Of a DNA stretch of 64,000 nt, positions 1 to 9,969 are shown piece by piece. The notes under the pieces are model-generated. The model saw only the letters and a list, made by a program, of their open reading frames with translations, was not told where the DNA came from and made no database searches. The stretch comes from Gemmatimonadales bacterium (GTDB taxonomy: Bacteria; Gemmatimonadota; Gemmatimonadetes; Gemmatimonadales; GWC2-71-9). Position 1 is the stretch's first letter; every line of letters starts with the position of its first letter. Position numbers and translations under genes: made by a program. The DNA lies in assembly GCA_038321865.1 (NCBI GenBank), contig JBBQFH010000001.1, positions 1 to 64,000 on the forward strand, in the 5' to 3' direction.

Positions 1-1149
1 TGGTACTACCTCGGCCGGATCTACCTGGCGCAGGGTGACGTCGCCGGCGCGGACTCGTCGCTGCGGAAGACGCAGGAGCTCGCACCCGAGTGCGTGGGTG
101 AGGTGACCAAGTTCCGGCGCGCGGCGTTCGCGCCCATCATCAATCGCGCAGTCGATTACGCCAAGAACAATCAGGAAGATTCGGCGATGGCCCAGTACCG
201 GCGAGCCGCCGCCTGGTTCCCCTCGTCGCCCCTGGCGGCGTACAATCTCGCGGGCATGTACACCCAGAAAAAGATCGACGACAGTGCGCTGGTCTACTAC
301 GAAGCCGCGATCAAGGCGGCGACCGGTACCGACAGCACCAGCGTGAAGGTCCGCAACCAGAGTTCATACAACCGCGCCGTGCTCCTCGCCCGCGGATCGC
401 ATTATCCGGAGGCGGTGGCGGCGTTCAGCCAGTATCTGACGTGGGTGCCGGATGATGCGGATGCGAAGAAGGGTCTGATCGCGTCGCTCCGCGGCGCAGG
501 CCTCGCGGACAGCGCCAGCGCGATGGAGAAGCGGCTGGGCGTCACCGCGGGCAATCCGGCCGGTGGTGCCGTTCCCGCCTCGGGCGCAGCGGTGGACTAC
601 AATGCCGCGGTCACCGCGTTCAACGAAAAGCGGTTCGCCGATGCGGTGACGGCGGCCAACAAGTTTCTCGCGGTCGAGCCGGCGAACCGGGACGGCCTCT
701 ACATCCGCGCCCGCTCGCTGTATGAGCTGAAGCGCGGCGCCGATCTGGTAACGGCCACCAACGCCCTGCTGGCGATCGACCCGCTCAGCGAGACGGCGGT
801 GACGATGCTGGGCACGGCATACACCATGACGAAGAACAGTGACATGGCGGTCAAGACACGGATGCGACTGCACGCACTTCCCGTGTCGGTTTCGTCGGTA
901 TCGGCGGCCCCGATCGGCGGCGGCGTAGGGCTGACGGCAACGGTCACCGGGCGCGCGGCGACGGATGAGAAGATGAAGCCGATCGCCCCGGCCCCCATGG
1001 TCCTCGTGTTCGAGTTCATGAACAGCCAGGGCGCCGTCGTCGCCACCCAGGAGGCGACTGTCCCGGCGCTCAAGGCCGGCGAGCAGTACCAGCTGAAGCT
1101 CGAAGTGCAGGGGCAGGGCGTCACCGGCTGGCGCTATCACGCGAAGTAG
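1..1149 (+). CDS. Tetratricopeptide-repeat protein with a C-terminal beta-sandwich (FxLYD-like) domain; 5' end lies outside the window
   Basis: Frame is open from base 1 (WYYLGRIYLAQGD...). TPR-like helices (AAYNLAGMY, YNRAVLLAR, YIRARSLY) are followed by a beta-rich tail (LVFEFMNSQGAVVATQEATVPALKAGE). Confidence 0.75.
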   Translation, partial: WYYLGRIYLAQGDVAGADSSLRKTQELAPECVGEVTKFRRAAFAPIINRAVDYAKNNQEDSAMAQYRRAAAWFPSSPLAAYNLAGMYTQKKIDDSALVYYEAAIKAATGTDSTSVKVRNQSSYNRAVLLARGSHYPEAVAAFSQYLTWVPDDADAKKGLIASLRGAGLADSASAMEKRLGVTAGNPAGGAVPASGAAVDYNAAVTAFNEKRFADAVTAANKFLAVEPANRDGLYIRARSLYELKRGADLVTATNALLAIDPLSETAVTMLGTAYTMTKNSDMAVKTRMRLHALPVSVSSVSAAPIGGGVGLTATVTGRAATDEKMKPIAPAPMVLVFEFMNSQGAVVATQEATVPALKAGEQYQLKLEVQGQGVTGWRYHAK

Positions 1150-1162
1150 CATCCGATCGGAG

Positions 1163-1194
1163 GAAAAGCGCGCCCGCCATCGGGCGCGCTTTTC
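1163..1194. terminator. Intrinsic terminator, probably bidirectional
   Basis: Perfect inverted repeat GAAAAGCGCGCCCG-ccat-CGGGCGCGCTTTTC just after the stop codon. Confidence 0.85.
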
Positions 1195-1261
1195 ATTGCC
1201 GCGCTCCCCGGCATCCGCGCCGGCGACTAGATTGAGACAGTCCCACCGTTCTGGAGGCAGC

Positions 1262-2194
1262 ATGGCCGGTCTGTACACGGACGAGGCGCGGGCAGGTGGG
1301 CTGACCACGACCAGGGCGCCGTTTATCGAGCAGGCTCAGCGCGAAGGCCAGCTGTACATCCACCAGCCCTTCGAGCTGTACTCCGAGGCCAATCACGACG
1401 CCTGGCGGCAGCTTTACGCCCGCATGGAGGGCCGCTGGCGCAAGTATGCCAACGCCAGATTCCTGCAGGGCATCGACAACCTCTGCCTGGATCCGGAGCG
1501 GGTGCCACGCCTGGAAGACGTCAACCGGTTTCTCAGCCCGCTCACCGGCTTTCAGGCGAAACCCGTGAGCGGCTACATCCCGTCGTTTCTGTTCTTCGAC
1601 AGCCTGCGAAATCGCGAGTTTCCCACCACGATCACGATCCGGGACGGGAGCACGCTCGATTACCTGCCCGAACCGGACATCTTCCACGACATCGCCGGTC
1701 ACGTGCCGATGCATACGGACCGTGCGTTTGCCGACACGCTGGTGCGCTTCGGCGACTGCGCGCACACGGCCGCGGACATCGTGGCCGCCATACCGGACGA
1801 GGCGGAGCGGATTCGCCGGGTCACCAGCATTTTCAAGGCGCTCGCCCGATTCTTCTGGTTCACGATCGAGTTCGGATTGATGCGCGCCGAGTCGGGCCTC
1901 AAGGTCTACGGCAGCGGCCTGCTGAGCTCCTACGGTGAAATCGAACACGCCATCGAATCGCCACTGGTGCAGCGCTATCCGATCCAGCTCGAATGGGTGA
2001 TCAACCAGTACTTCGAGATCGATCACTATCAGCCGCTGCTCTTCGTCGTGGATTCATTCGAGCACCTGTTCGAGCTCGTCGGGCAGCTGGAGCAGTGGAT
2101 GCTGGATGGCCGCCTTGATAACGTCGTGGGAGGCGAGCCGGCGATCAGTGAGCCGGATCTGCGGAGTTTTCTGGAGGCGGCGGCGCGGCGCTGA
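1262..2194 (+). CDS. phhA: Phenylalanine 4-monooxygenase (pterin-dependent aromatic amino acid hydroxylase)
   Basis: Motifs DYLPEPDIFHDIAGHVP, FWFTIEFGL, YGSGLLSSYGE and YQPLLFV. GGAGG ribosome-binding site before the ATG at 1262. Confidence 0.9.
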   Translation: MAGLYTDEARAGGLTTTRAPFIEQAQREGQLYIHQPFELYSEANHDAWRQLYARMEGRWRKYANARFLQGIDNLCLDPERVPRLEDVNRFLSPLTGFQAKPVSGYIPSFLFFDSLRNREFPTTITIRDGSTLDYLPEPDIFHDIAGHVPMHTDRAFADTLVRFGDCAHTAADIVAAIPDEAERIRRVTSIFKALARFFWFTIEFGLMRAESGLKVYGSGLLSSYGEIEHAIESPLVQRYPIQLEWVINQYFEIDHYQPLLFVVDSFEHLFELVGQLEQWMLDGRLDNVVGGEPAISEPDLRSFLEAAARR

Positions 2195-2212
2195 AAGCGG
2201 TCACCCGCGTGC

Positions 2213-2241
2213 TTGACACCCGGACGCAGCCCCGGCACATT
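2213..2241 (+). promoter_or_regulatory. Sigma70-type promoter for tRNA-Gly
   Basis: TTGACA-N17-CACATT ending 11 nt before the tRNA. Confidence 0.65.
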
Positions 2242-2252
2242 CTCACTCATCC

Positions 2253-2324
<72 letters not shown>

Positions 2325-2337
2325 CTTACCATTCCAT

Positions 2338-2369
2338 GGCCCTGCCGAGTGCACGCGCTCGGCGGGGCC
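2338..2369 (+). terminator. Hairpin after tRNA-Gly (probable terminator)
   Basis: GGCCCTGCCGAG...CTCGGCGGGGCC stem; the U-tract is weak. Confidence 0.5.
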
Positions 2370-2450
2370 GCTTGCGTTGGTTCAGGGTGGTTCGGCCCCG
2401 GATGGCGCCGAAAGGGGTATGCTGAGAGCGTGACCAACACATTATTCGAT

Positions 2451-4496
2451 ATGGATCCGACCCTGCTGGAGCGCGCATTGCACCGGCACTTCGGCCTCGA
2501 CGCCTTCCGCACCGGGCAGCGGGAAGCGGTGACCGCCGTTCTCGCCGGTCGCGATCTGGTGGCGGTGATGCCCACCGGCGCGGGAAAATCACTCTGCTTT
2601 CAGCTCCCGGCGATGCTGCTCGAGGGCGTGACGGTGGTCGTGTCACCCCTGATCGCACTCATGAAGGATCAGGTGGACGTGCTGCGCGCGCGCGGAATCG
2701 CGGCCGGCGCCATTCACTCGATGATGCTGCCGGGCGAACGGGCGGCGCTGGAGCGGGACCTTGCCGCAGGAAAGATGCGGCTGATCTACGTCGCCCCCGA
2801 GCGGCTGGCGAGTGGGGCATTTCGCCGCGCATTGGTCGAGGCGCGGCCCGCGCGGCTCGTCATCGACGAGGCCCACTGCTTCAGCCAGTGGGGACATGAT
2901 TTCCGGCCGGACTACCGTCGGCTCGGAGCGCTCCGCGCGGAGCTGGGCGTTCCCGCGTCCGCGTTCACCGCGACCGCCACGCCCGACGTGCGCGCCGACA
3001 TCGTCGTCCAGCTCGGCCTGGTGGACGCGCTCGAGCTGGTCACCGGCTTCGAACGGCCCAACCTCACGCTCGCCGTCGAATCCTGCCGCGGCCGCGCGGA
3101 GAAGATGGACGCGCTCGACAGCCTCGTTCGAGACGCCGGACTGCCCGGCATCGTCTACGCCTCGACAAGAAAGAACGTCGAGCTGTGGGCTGAATTCCTG
3201 GAGGCACGCGGGCTCCGGGCCGGGCGCTACCATGCCGGCCTCAGCGACGAGGAGCGCATTCGCGTGCAGGATGATTTTCTGGGGGGCCGCCTGGATGTCA
3301 TCGCGGCCACCAACGCGTTCGGCATGGGCGTGGACAAGCGCGATATCCGGTTCGTGGCGCACGCCGACCTGCCCGGAAGCGTGGAGTCCTACTATCAGGA
3401 AGCCGGCCGAGCTGGGCGAGATGGCGAGGCGTCTCGGTGCACTCTCCTCTTCTCGCCCGCAGATGTGCGGACCCAGGAGTTTTTCCTGTCGGGATCCAAT
3501 CCGTCGGCCCTCGCCTTCCGGCGGGTATGGCGGCTGCTTGGCACCGGTGCCGACGAGGAGGAAATCGAACGGGCGGCAGGACCGGACTCTGCCGAGCGCA
3601 TGGCCTTCGGCACCGCAGCCCGCCTGCTGCGCCGCTCAGCGGAAGCCGCTGGAATTGCGCTCGGTGCAGATGAGCCGCCGGTCGATCTTGCGTTGCGCAC
3701 TGAGAAAGCCAGACGCGACCGCGACCGCCTCGACACGATGGTGCGCTACGGGTTTGCCCGGGGATGCCGCACCCGCTTCATCTACGACTACTTCGCCGGC
3801 GGCGCGCGGGGCGGGGCCGAGCCCCGGTGCGGCGTGTGCGACGTCTGTCTTGGCTGGCGCCGGGGTCGGGAGCGTGAGCTGACCGACGCCGAGCTCGAGC
3901 ATGTGCGGGTCGCGCTGTCGGGGGTCGGGCGGCTGTCGGGACGCTTCGGGGTCGAGCGGATTGCTCAGATGCTGGTCGGCAGCGAGTCACAGGAGATCAC
4001 CAGCCGCGGTCTCGATCGCGTTCCCACCTTCGGCCGCCTCAGCGGGCTCGGGCTCGACCGGACCAAGGAGCTGCTGACCGTGCTTGCGGATGCCGGGCTT
4101 ATCCAGCGGCAGGGGCTCGAGGGTGGACGTCCCGGCGCCTTCGTGCTCGCCCTGACCCCCGAGGGACGCCGCGTTGCCCTCGGCCACGACCGGCCGACGC
4201 TGGCGCTTCCCGCAGCAGGCGTGGCCGGCCGCCGGAAGCGGCCCAGACGCGCCCCAGGAGGGGCCGAGGCTGAAGCAGGCGCCGATGGCGGGCTGCTGGC
4301 GCGGCTCAAGGCCTGGCGTTCCGAGGAGGCCAGGCGGAAGAGCGTGCCGCCGTATGTCGTGTTCCACGACAAGACCCTGATCGCCCTGGCGACCGCCAAA
4401 CCACGGAGCCGGGAGGGATTGCTGGAGGTCTCGGGGCTGGGCGCCGCAAAGCTGGAGGCGTACGGCGATGCCCTGCTGGCGCTGCTGGTCGGGTAG
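2451..4496 (+). CDS. recQ: RecQ-family ATP-dependent DNA helicase with RQC and HRDC domains
   Basis: MPTGAGKSLCFQLP, DEAHCFSQWGHDFRP, YYQEAGRAGRDG, zinc motif C..CGVCDVC, HRDC segment VPPYVVFHDKTL. Start may be GTG 2430 or ATG 2451. Confidence 0.92.
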   Translation: MDPTLLERALHRHFGLDAFRTGQREAVTAVLAGRDLVAVMPTGAGKSLCFQLPAMLLEGVTVVVSPLIALMKDQVDVLRARGIAAGAIHSMMLPGERAALERDLAAGKMRLIYVAPERLASGAFRRALVEARPARLVIDEAHCFSQWGHDFRPDYRRLGALRAELGVPASAFTATATPDVRADIVVQLGLVDALELVTGFERPNLTLAVESCRGRAEKMDALDSLVRDAGLPGIVYASTRKNVELWAEFLEARGLRAGRYHAGLSDEERIRVQDDFLGGRLDVIAATNAFGMGVDKRDIRFVAHADLPGSVESYYQEAGRAGRDGEASRCTLLFSPADVRTQEFFLSGSNPSALAFRRVWRLLGTGADEEEIERAAGPDSAERMAFGTAARLLRRSAEAAGIALGADEPPVDLALRTEKARRDRDRLDTMVRYGFARGCRTRFIYDYFAGGARGGAEPRCGVCDVCLGWRRGRERELTDAELEHVRVALSGVGRLSGRFGVERIAQMLVGSESQEITSRGLDRVPTFGRLSGLGLDRTKELLTVLADAGLIQRQGLEGGRPGAFVLALTPEGRRVALGHDRPTLALPAAGVAGRRKRPRRAPGGAEAEAGADGGLLARLKAWRSEEARRKSVPPYVVFHDKTLIALATAKPRSREGLLEVSGLGAAKLEAYGDALLALLVG

Positions 4497-4637
4497 CCGG
4501 GCGGAGCCGACCTAGAAGCCACTTTGCGTCTGATGGTCGAAGTGGGCTCTGGGCTTGCATTTAGCTCGCCAGGAAGCGATCTTCTACGGTTTCGTGACCG
4601 GGTTGTCCGGTCGAGACTTCCGCCTTCGCGGGGCCGC

Positions 4638-5915
4638 ATGATCAAGGTGACTGCCGTCCATCCCGATTCGATCGCCGCGGAGCTGGGTCTCGCGCCGGGA
4701 ACGGAGCTCATTTCGATCAACGGCCGGGAGCTGGAGGATTTTCTCGACTGGGAGTTCCTGAGCGCCGAGGAGCGGTTCATCCTCCATGTGCGTGAGGCGA
4801 ACGGCGCCGAGGTGGAGTACGACATCGAACGGCCACTCGACCGGCCGATGGGGCTCTCGCTCGAACCGGTGCGCATCCGGCGCTGCGCCAACCGGTGCGA
4901 TTTCTGCTTCGTGGATGGCCTTCCCGAGGGACTGCGCGAAGTTCTGTACATTCGCGATGACGACTATCGACTGTCCTTTCGATACGGCAACTTCGCGACG
5001 CTCACCAACCTCAAGCCGCATGACGTCGAGCGCATCATCGAATATCGCCTGTCACCGCTGTATGTCTCGGTGCATGCGACCGATCCGGTGACGCGCCGCT
5101 ATCTGCTGCGGAACCCTGCGGCGCCGGCGATCATTCCCCAGCTGCGCCACTTTGCCGATCACGGCATCGTCTTTCACACGCAGATCGTCATGTCGCCCGG
5201 CGTCAACGACGGCCCGGTGCTGGAAGCGACGCTGGCGGATCTCTACGACTTCGGCGACGCCGTCATGGGGTGCTCGGTGGTGCCAGTCGGCCTGACGGAG
5301 TTCAGCAAGCATCACCTGGTGCGGGAGCCCACGCCGGAAGAATGCCAGGCCGCGATCGTGCGCATTGAAGCATGGTCCGCCAGGGCGCGCCGCGAGCGGG
5401 GCATCACCTGGGCGTTCGGGGCCGATGAGCTGTACATGCGCGCGGGAGTCGACCTGCCGCCGGCGGAGATCTACGACGGGTTCGAGCAGGTGGAGAACGG
5501 TGTCGGCGCGGTGCGCTGGCTGCAGCGCCAGATCGAGATCGGCGCCGAAGGACTGCAGGGATGGGAAGGGCGCCGGATCGGCGTCGCCACGGGAACGGCG
5601 ATGGCGCGCCTCATGCCGCAGGTACTCGCGCCGCTCACGCGCATCACCGGCGCGCACTTCGAGCTGATCGCGATCGAAAATTCACTGTTCGGGACGACGG
5701 TGACCACCGCCGGGCTGATACCGGGCACCGCGTTCCAGCGCGCGCTCAAGGGCCGTTCCGATCTCGACCTGGTGCTGCTGCCCGCGGAATCGGTCAACGA
5801 CGAAGGGTTGTTCATGGACAGCATGAGTCTCGACCTGCTCGCGGCGAGTGTGCCGGTCGAGTTGCGTTTGTCGAAGTCATTCACCGACGCCCTGGAAGCG
5901 CCGGTGGCCGCATGA
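4638..5915 (+). CDS. PDZ plus radical SAM-like DUF512 protein
   Basis: N-terminal PDZ-like segment, CANRCDFC motif, DDDYRLSF and QVENGVG. Confidence 0.85.
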   Translation: MIKVTAVHPDSIAAELGLAPGTELISINGRELEDFLDWEFLSAEERFILHVREANGAEVEYDIERPLDRPMGLSLEPVRIRRCANRCDFCFVDGLPEGLREVLYIRDDDYRLSFRYGNFATLTNLKPHDVERIIEYRLSPLYVSVHATDPVTRRYLLRNPAAPAIIPQLRHFADHGIVFHTQIVMSPGVNDGPVLEATLADLYDFGDAVMGCSVVPVGLTEFSKHHLVREPTPEECQAAIVRIEAWSARARRERGITWAFGADELYMRAGVDLPPAEIYDGFEQVENGVGAVRWLQRQIEIGAEGLQGWEGRRIGVATGTAMARLMPQVLAPLTRITGAHFELIAIENSLFGTTVTTAGLIPGTAFQRALKGRSDLDLVLLPAESVNDEGLFMDSMSLDLLAASVPVELRLSKSFTDALEAPVAA

Positions 5916-7237
5916 GCCGCCCCACCGTCGCCATCGTCGGCCGGCCCAACGTCGGCAAGTCCACGCTGTTCAATCGGCTGATCGGCGGCCGGCGCGCCAT
6001 CGTCTCGGATCAGCCGGGCACGACGCGGGACCGCCACTTCGGGGAGGGCGACTGGGACGGGAGAAAGTTCTGGCTCATCGACACGGGCGGCCTGGTGCCC
6101 GACTCGCACGAGTCCATGGACCGCGCCATCCGGCAGCAGGTCGAGTTCGCGCTGGCCGAATCGGACGTGATCGTGTTTCTGGTCGACGGACGCGAGGGCC
6201 TGATGCCGGTCGACAGCGCGATCGCCGAGCGCCTCCGCAAGGCGGGGCGGCCGGTCCTGCTCGCCGTGAACAAGCTCGATGATCTGGAGCGCTCGACGGC
6301 GCAGTACGGCTTCTACCAGCTCGGCTTCGGCGACCCGATCGGCGTGTCGGCGTCGATCGGGAAGGGAACGGGAGACCTGCTCGATGCGATCGCGGGCCGC
6401 CTGCCGGAGCACAGCGAGGGAGAGGACGACGAGCAGATCAATGTCGCGGTGGTCGGACGTCCCAACGCGGGCAAGTCCTCGCTCGTCAACCGGCTGCTGG
6501 GCGAGGAGCGGCATGTCGTCGCCGCGGAGGCCGGCACCACGAGGGATGCGATCGACTCGCTCTTGCGCTATCATGGAAAGACACTCAACTTCATCGACAC
6601 CGCAGGGTTACGTCGCCGCGCTAAAGTGGAAGATGACCTGGAATTCTATTCGACGCTCCGCACCCAGCGGGCGATCGAGCGCGCCCAGGTCTGCGTGCTG
6701 GTGGTGGACGCGCTCGTCGGACTCCACAATCAGGATCTTCGGATCGCGACCGAGGCGTGGGACAGCGGCTGCGCGCTGATCATCGTCGTGAACAAGTGGG
6801 ATCTGATCGAAGAGAAGGATGCGAGTACCTCGCGGCGCGGAGAGGAGCAGCTCATCGCCAAGGCGCCGTTCCTCCAGTATGTGCCCTTCCTCTACGGCTC
6901 GGCGCTCACGGGCCAGCGGGTGCGCAAGGTGCTCGACCTGATCCTCGACGTCGCCGCCGCGCGGGAAGTGCGGGTGGGGACCGCCGAAGTGAATCGGGTG
7001 CTGGAGGCGCTGATCGAGCGCAATTCTCCGCCGCAAAAACCGGGAGAGGAGGTCAAGCTGCTCTACGCATCACAGATCAGCATCGCTCCGCCGACCTTCG
7101 CCATCGTGACCAACCGGCCAGACGATGTGCCCGAGTCGTATCAGCGGTACCTGACCCACGGCTTCCGGGCCGAGTGGCCCTTCAGTGGTTCGCCTCTGCG
7201 CCTCAAGTTCACGCGGCGCGGCGCGCGGCGCGCGTGA
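5912..7237 (+). CDS. der: Ribosome biogenesis GTPase Der (EngA)
   Basis: Two GTPase domains (GRPNVGKS, GRPNAGKS; DTGG/DTAG; NKLD/NKWD). ATGA overlap with the upstream stop. Confidence 0.97.
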   Translation: MSRPTVAIVGRPNVGKSTLFNRLIGGRRAIVSDQPGTTRDRHFGEGDWDGRKFWLIDTGGLVPDSHESMDRAIRQQVEFALAESDVIVFLVDGREGLMPVDSAIAERLRKAGRPVLLAVNKLDDLERSTAQYGFYQLGFGDPIGVSASIGKGTGDLLDAIAGRLPEHSEGEDDEQINVAVVGRPNAGKSSLVNRLLGEERHVVAAEAGTTRDAIDSLLRYHGKTLNFIDTAGLRRRAKVEDDLEFYSTLRTQRAIERAQVCVLVVDALVGLHNQDLRIATEAWDSGCALIIVVNKWDLIEEKDASTSRRGEEQLIAKAPFLQYVPFLYGSALTGQRVRKVLDLILDVAAAREVRVGTAEVNRVLEALIERNSPPQKPGEEVKLLYASQISIAPPTFAIVTNRPDDVPESYQRYLTHGFRAEWPFSGSPLRLKFTRRGARRA

Positions 7238-7845
7238 GCGCCGCACTCGTTCTCGCCGTCTGCTACCTGCTCGGGTCCATCCCAACCAGCTACGCGGTGG
7301 GACGCATCGCCCGCGGCATCGACCTGCGCGAGCATGGGAGCAGGAACCTGGGTGCTACCAACCTGTACCGGACCCTCGGCTGGAAGTTCGCGATTCCAGT
7401 TGCCCTGTTCGACATCGCGAAGGGCGCGGTCCCGGTCCTGGTGCTCGCGCCGCTGGCTTCGCCGTCCCGCCTGTTCGCGCTGGCCTGCGGGCTCACGGCC
7501 GTGATGGGCCACGTGTTTTCGGTATTCGTCGGATTCCGCGGCGGCAAGGGCGTCGCGACCGCGGCCGGCGTCATGCTCGGCCTCGCGCCGCTCGCCATCG
7601 CCGCGGTGGCCGTGATCTGGCTCGGCCTGGTGTTCGGAACCGGATACGTCTCGCTCGGGAGCATCGTGGCCGCAGCGGCGCTTCCGCTGGCGCTGTGCCT
7701 GATCCGCCCGGGCGACTGGGTGCTGTTCTGGGGCGGTGTGGCGGTCGCGGGTGCGATCATCTGGCTGCACCGCGCCAACAGTGCACGCCTGCTCGCCGGC
7801 ACGGAGAACCGCTTCGGCCGCCGCTCCGCCGCCCCGCCTGCATGA
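7234..7845 (+). CDS. plsY: Glycerol-3-phosphate acyltransferase PlsY
   Basis: YLLGSIP, GSRNLGATN, FRGGKGVAT and HRAN motifs. Confidence 0.95.
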   Translation: MSAALVLAVCYLLGSIPTSYAVGRIARGIDLREHGSRNLGATNLYRTLGWKFAIPVALFDIAKGAVPVLVLAPLASPSRLFALACGLTAVMGHVFSVFVGFRGGKGVATAAGVMLGLAPLAIAAVAVIWLGLVFGTGYVSLGSIVAAAALPLALCLIRPGDWVLFWGGVAVAGAIIWLHRANSARLLAGTENRFGRRSAAPPA

Positions 7846-8840
7846 CCACCGTCGGCGTGCTCGGGGGTGGCAGCTGGGGCACGACGCTCGCGGATCTCCT
7901 GGCGCGGAAGGGCCACGATGTGCGGATCTGGGCCTACGAGCCCGAGGTCGTAGACGCGATCAACGCGGATCACGTCAACCCGGTGTTCCTGCCAGGAGCC
8001 GCGCTGGCGCCCTCGCTTCGAGCGACGGCCGATGCGGGAGAGGCGGTCAGCGGCGCCGACGTCGTGCTGTCCGTCGCACCGAGCCATGCGGTGCGCGCGG
8101 TCATCAGCTCGATCCGGGATGCGATCGCGCGCGACACGCTGATCGTCAGCGCGACGAAGGGATTGGACGAGACCGAGCTGACGCTCATGTCGCGGCTCAT
8201 CGGAGGACTGCTGCCGGCGGCCCGGCTCGCGGTGCTGTCCGGTCCGAGCTTTGCGCAGGAGGTGTATGAGGGCCAGCCGACCGCCGTCGTGGCCGCGGCC
8301 GCGGACGCCGCCACCGCGCGCGCGGCGCAGGCGATTTTCGCGACGCCCCGGTTCCGGGTCTACTCGAACCAGGACATGGTGGGCGTCGAGCTAGGTGGCG
8401 CGCTGAAGAACGTGATCGCGATCGCGGCCGGCATGCTGGAGGGGCTCGGGATGGGCCACAACCCGCGCGCGGCGCTCATCACGCGCGGCCTGGCCGAGAT
8501 CACGCGCCTCGGCGTCGCGATGGGGGCCGACCCGATGACCTTCGCGGGCCTGGCCGGAATGGGCGATCTCATTCTCACAACGACGGGAAGTCTGAGCCGG
8601 AACCGGGCGCTCGGTGTCGCGCTTGCGGAAGGACAGACGCTCACGGAATACCGGACCGCGCATCGCAGCGTGGCCGAAGGGGCCAACACGTCGAGAGCGG
8701 CCGCCGCTCTCGCATCCCGCATGGGGGTGGAAATGCCAATCACCGAGAAGGTCTGTGGGATTCTGTTCGACGGACAATCCCCGCGTGAAAGCGCCCGCGA
8801 GCTGATGGAGCGCGACCTGAAGGCGGAGCAATGGCGATGA
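7842..8840 (+). CDS. gpsA: NAD(P)H-dependent glycerol-3-phosphate dehydrogenase
   Basis: GGGSWGT, LSGPSFA, GGALKNVIAIAAG and GDLILT..SRNR. Confidence 0.96.
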   Translation: MTTVGVLGGGSWGTTLADLLARKGHDVRIWAYEPEVVDAINADHVNPVFLPGAALAPSLRATADAGEAVSGADVVLSVAPSHAVRAVISSIRDAIARDTLIVSATKGLDETELTLMSRLIGGLLPAARLAVLSGPSFAQEVYEGQPTAVVAAAADAATARAAQAIFATPRFRVYSNQDMVGVELGGALKNVIAIAAGMLEGLGMGHNPRAALITRGLAEITRLGVAMGADPMTFAGLAGMGDLILTTTGSLSRNRALGVALAEGQTLTEYRTAHRSVAEGANTSRAAAALASRMGVEMPITEKVCGILFDGQSPRESARELMERDLKAEQWR

Positions 8841-9223
8841 CGACCGCGCGCCCGGTGCAGGAGTTCTACTCGATCGGGGAGGTCTGTACCCTCACCGACC
8901 TGAAGCCGCACGTGCTGCGCTACTGGGAGAGCCAGTTCAAGTTTCTGAATCCCGCGAAGAACCGCTCCGGCAACCGCGTCTACAAGGCGCGTGAAGTGGA
9001 GCTGATCATGCTGGTCAAGCATCTGCTGTACACCGACAAGTTCACCATCGACGGTGCCCGCCAGCGCATCGACCACTACCGGCGGAGCGGTGAGCTCAAG
9101 CCCGCGGCACGGCGGGCGCTCGAGGCCGAGACGATGCAGGAAGTGCGAATGGGCCTCGACGAGGTGCTGGCACTCCTTGAGGGCCGGGCGGTGCCGACAC
9201 GGGCTGCGCCGCCCGAGCCGTGA
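8837..9223 (+). CDS. MerR-family HTH protein
   Basis: YSIGEV..LKPHVLRYWESQF..P.KNRSGNRVY. Start is 8831 or 8837. Confidence 0.9.
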   Translation: MTTARPVQEFYSIGEVCTLTDLKPHVLRYWESQFKFLNPAKNRSGNRVYKAREVELIMLVKHLLYTDKFTIDGARQRIDHYRRSGELKPAARRALEAETMQEVRMGLDEVLALLEGRAVPTRAAPPEP

Positions 9224-9969
9224 ACATCCTCGTCAGCAACGACGACGGGATCCTCGCGCCGGGCCTGGCGCTGCTGGCGGACGCGTGCCGCGGCGTCGGT
9301 TCGGTCACGGTGGTCGCACCGGATCGGGAGCAGAGCGGCACCTCGCATTCGCTCACGCTGCACCGGCCGCTCCGTCCCGCCCGGCGCCCGGACGGCGCAT
9401 TCCAGATCGACGGCACCCCCACCGACTGCGTCATGCTCGCCCTGGGCGCGCTGATGCCCGACGCGCCCGACTTCGTGTTTTCCGGCGTGAACCATGGCCC
9501 GAACATGGGCGAGGATGTGCTGTACTCCGGCACCGTCGCGGCGGCGATGGAGGCGGTGATGCTGGGCGTTCCCGGGATTGCGGTGTCGTTCGCGGGGCAC
9601 CAGCCGGAAATGATGGCCACGTACGGCGAGGTGCTCGCGACATTGGTCCGGCGCATCGTCGGCGTCGACCACTATCCGCGCGACATGTTGCTGAACATCA
9701 ACCTGCCGCGGGTCCCCGCAGCGGAAGTGCGCGGCATACGGGTCACCAAGCTGGGCAGCCGGTTTTTTTCCGAATCGCTCATGAAGATGAAGGACCCATG
9801 GGGCAGGGAGATCTTCTGGATTGGCGGCGGAACCATCACCTGGACCGGAGACGAGGCGTCAGATCACACGGCGGTCGCGGAGGGCTACATCTCGATCACG
9901 CCGCTCCACATGGATCTCACGCACTATCCGCAACTCGAGACGGTGAAGTCATGGCGTCTGGAGGGGTAG
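9220..9969 (+). CDS. surE: 5'/3'-nucleotidase SurE
   Basis: ILVSNDDG, GTPTDCV, SGVNHGPN and YSGTVAAA. Confidence 0.96.
   Translation: MNILVSNDDGILAPGLALLADACRGVGSVTVVAPDREQSGTSHSLTLHRPLRPARRPDGAFQIDGTPTDCVMLALGALMPDAPDFVFSGVNHGPNMGEDVLYSGTVAAAMEAVMLGVPGIAVSFAGHQPEMMATYGEVLATLVRRIVGVDHYPRDMLLNINLPRVPAAEVRGIRVTKLGSRFFSESLMKMKDPWGREIFWIGGGTITWTGDEASDHTAVAEGYISITPLHMDLTHYPQLETVKSWRLEG

Noticed and set aside
2429..2450. LexA/SOS box upstream of recQ
   Set aside because: CCAACACATTATTCG does not fit the spacing of the LexA consensus sequences I know.
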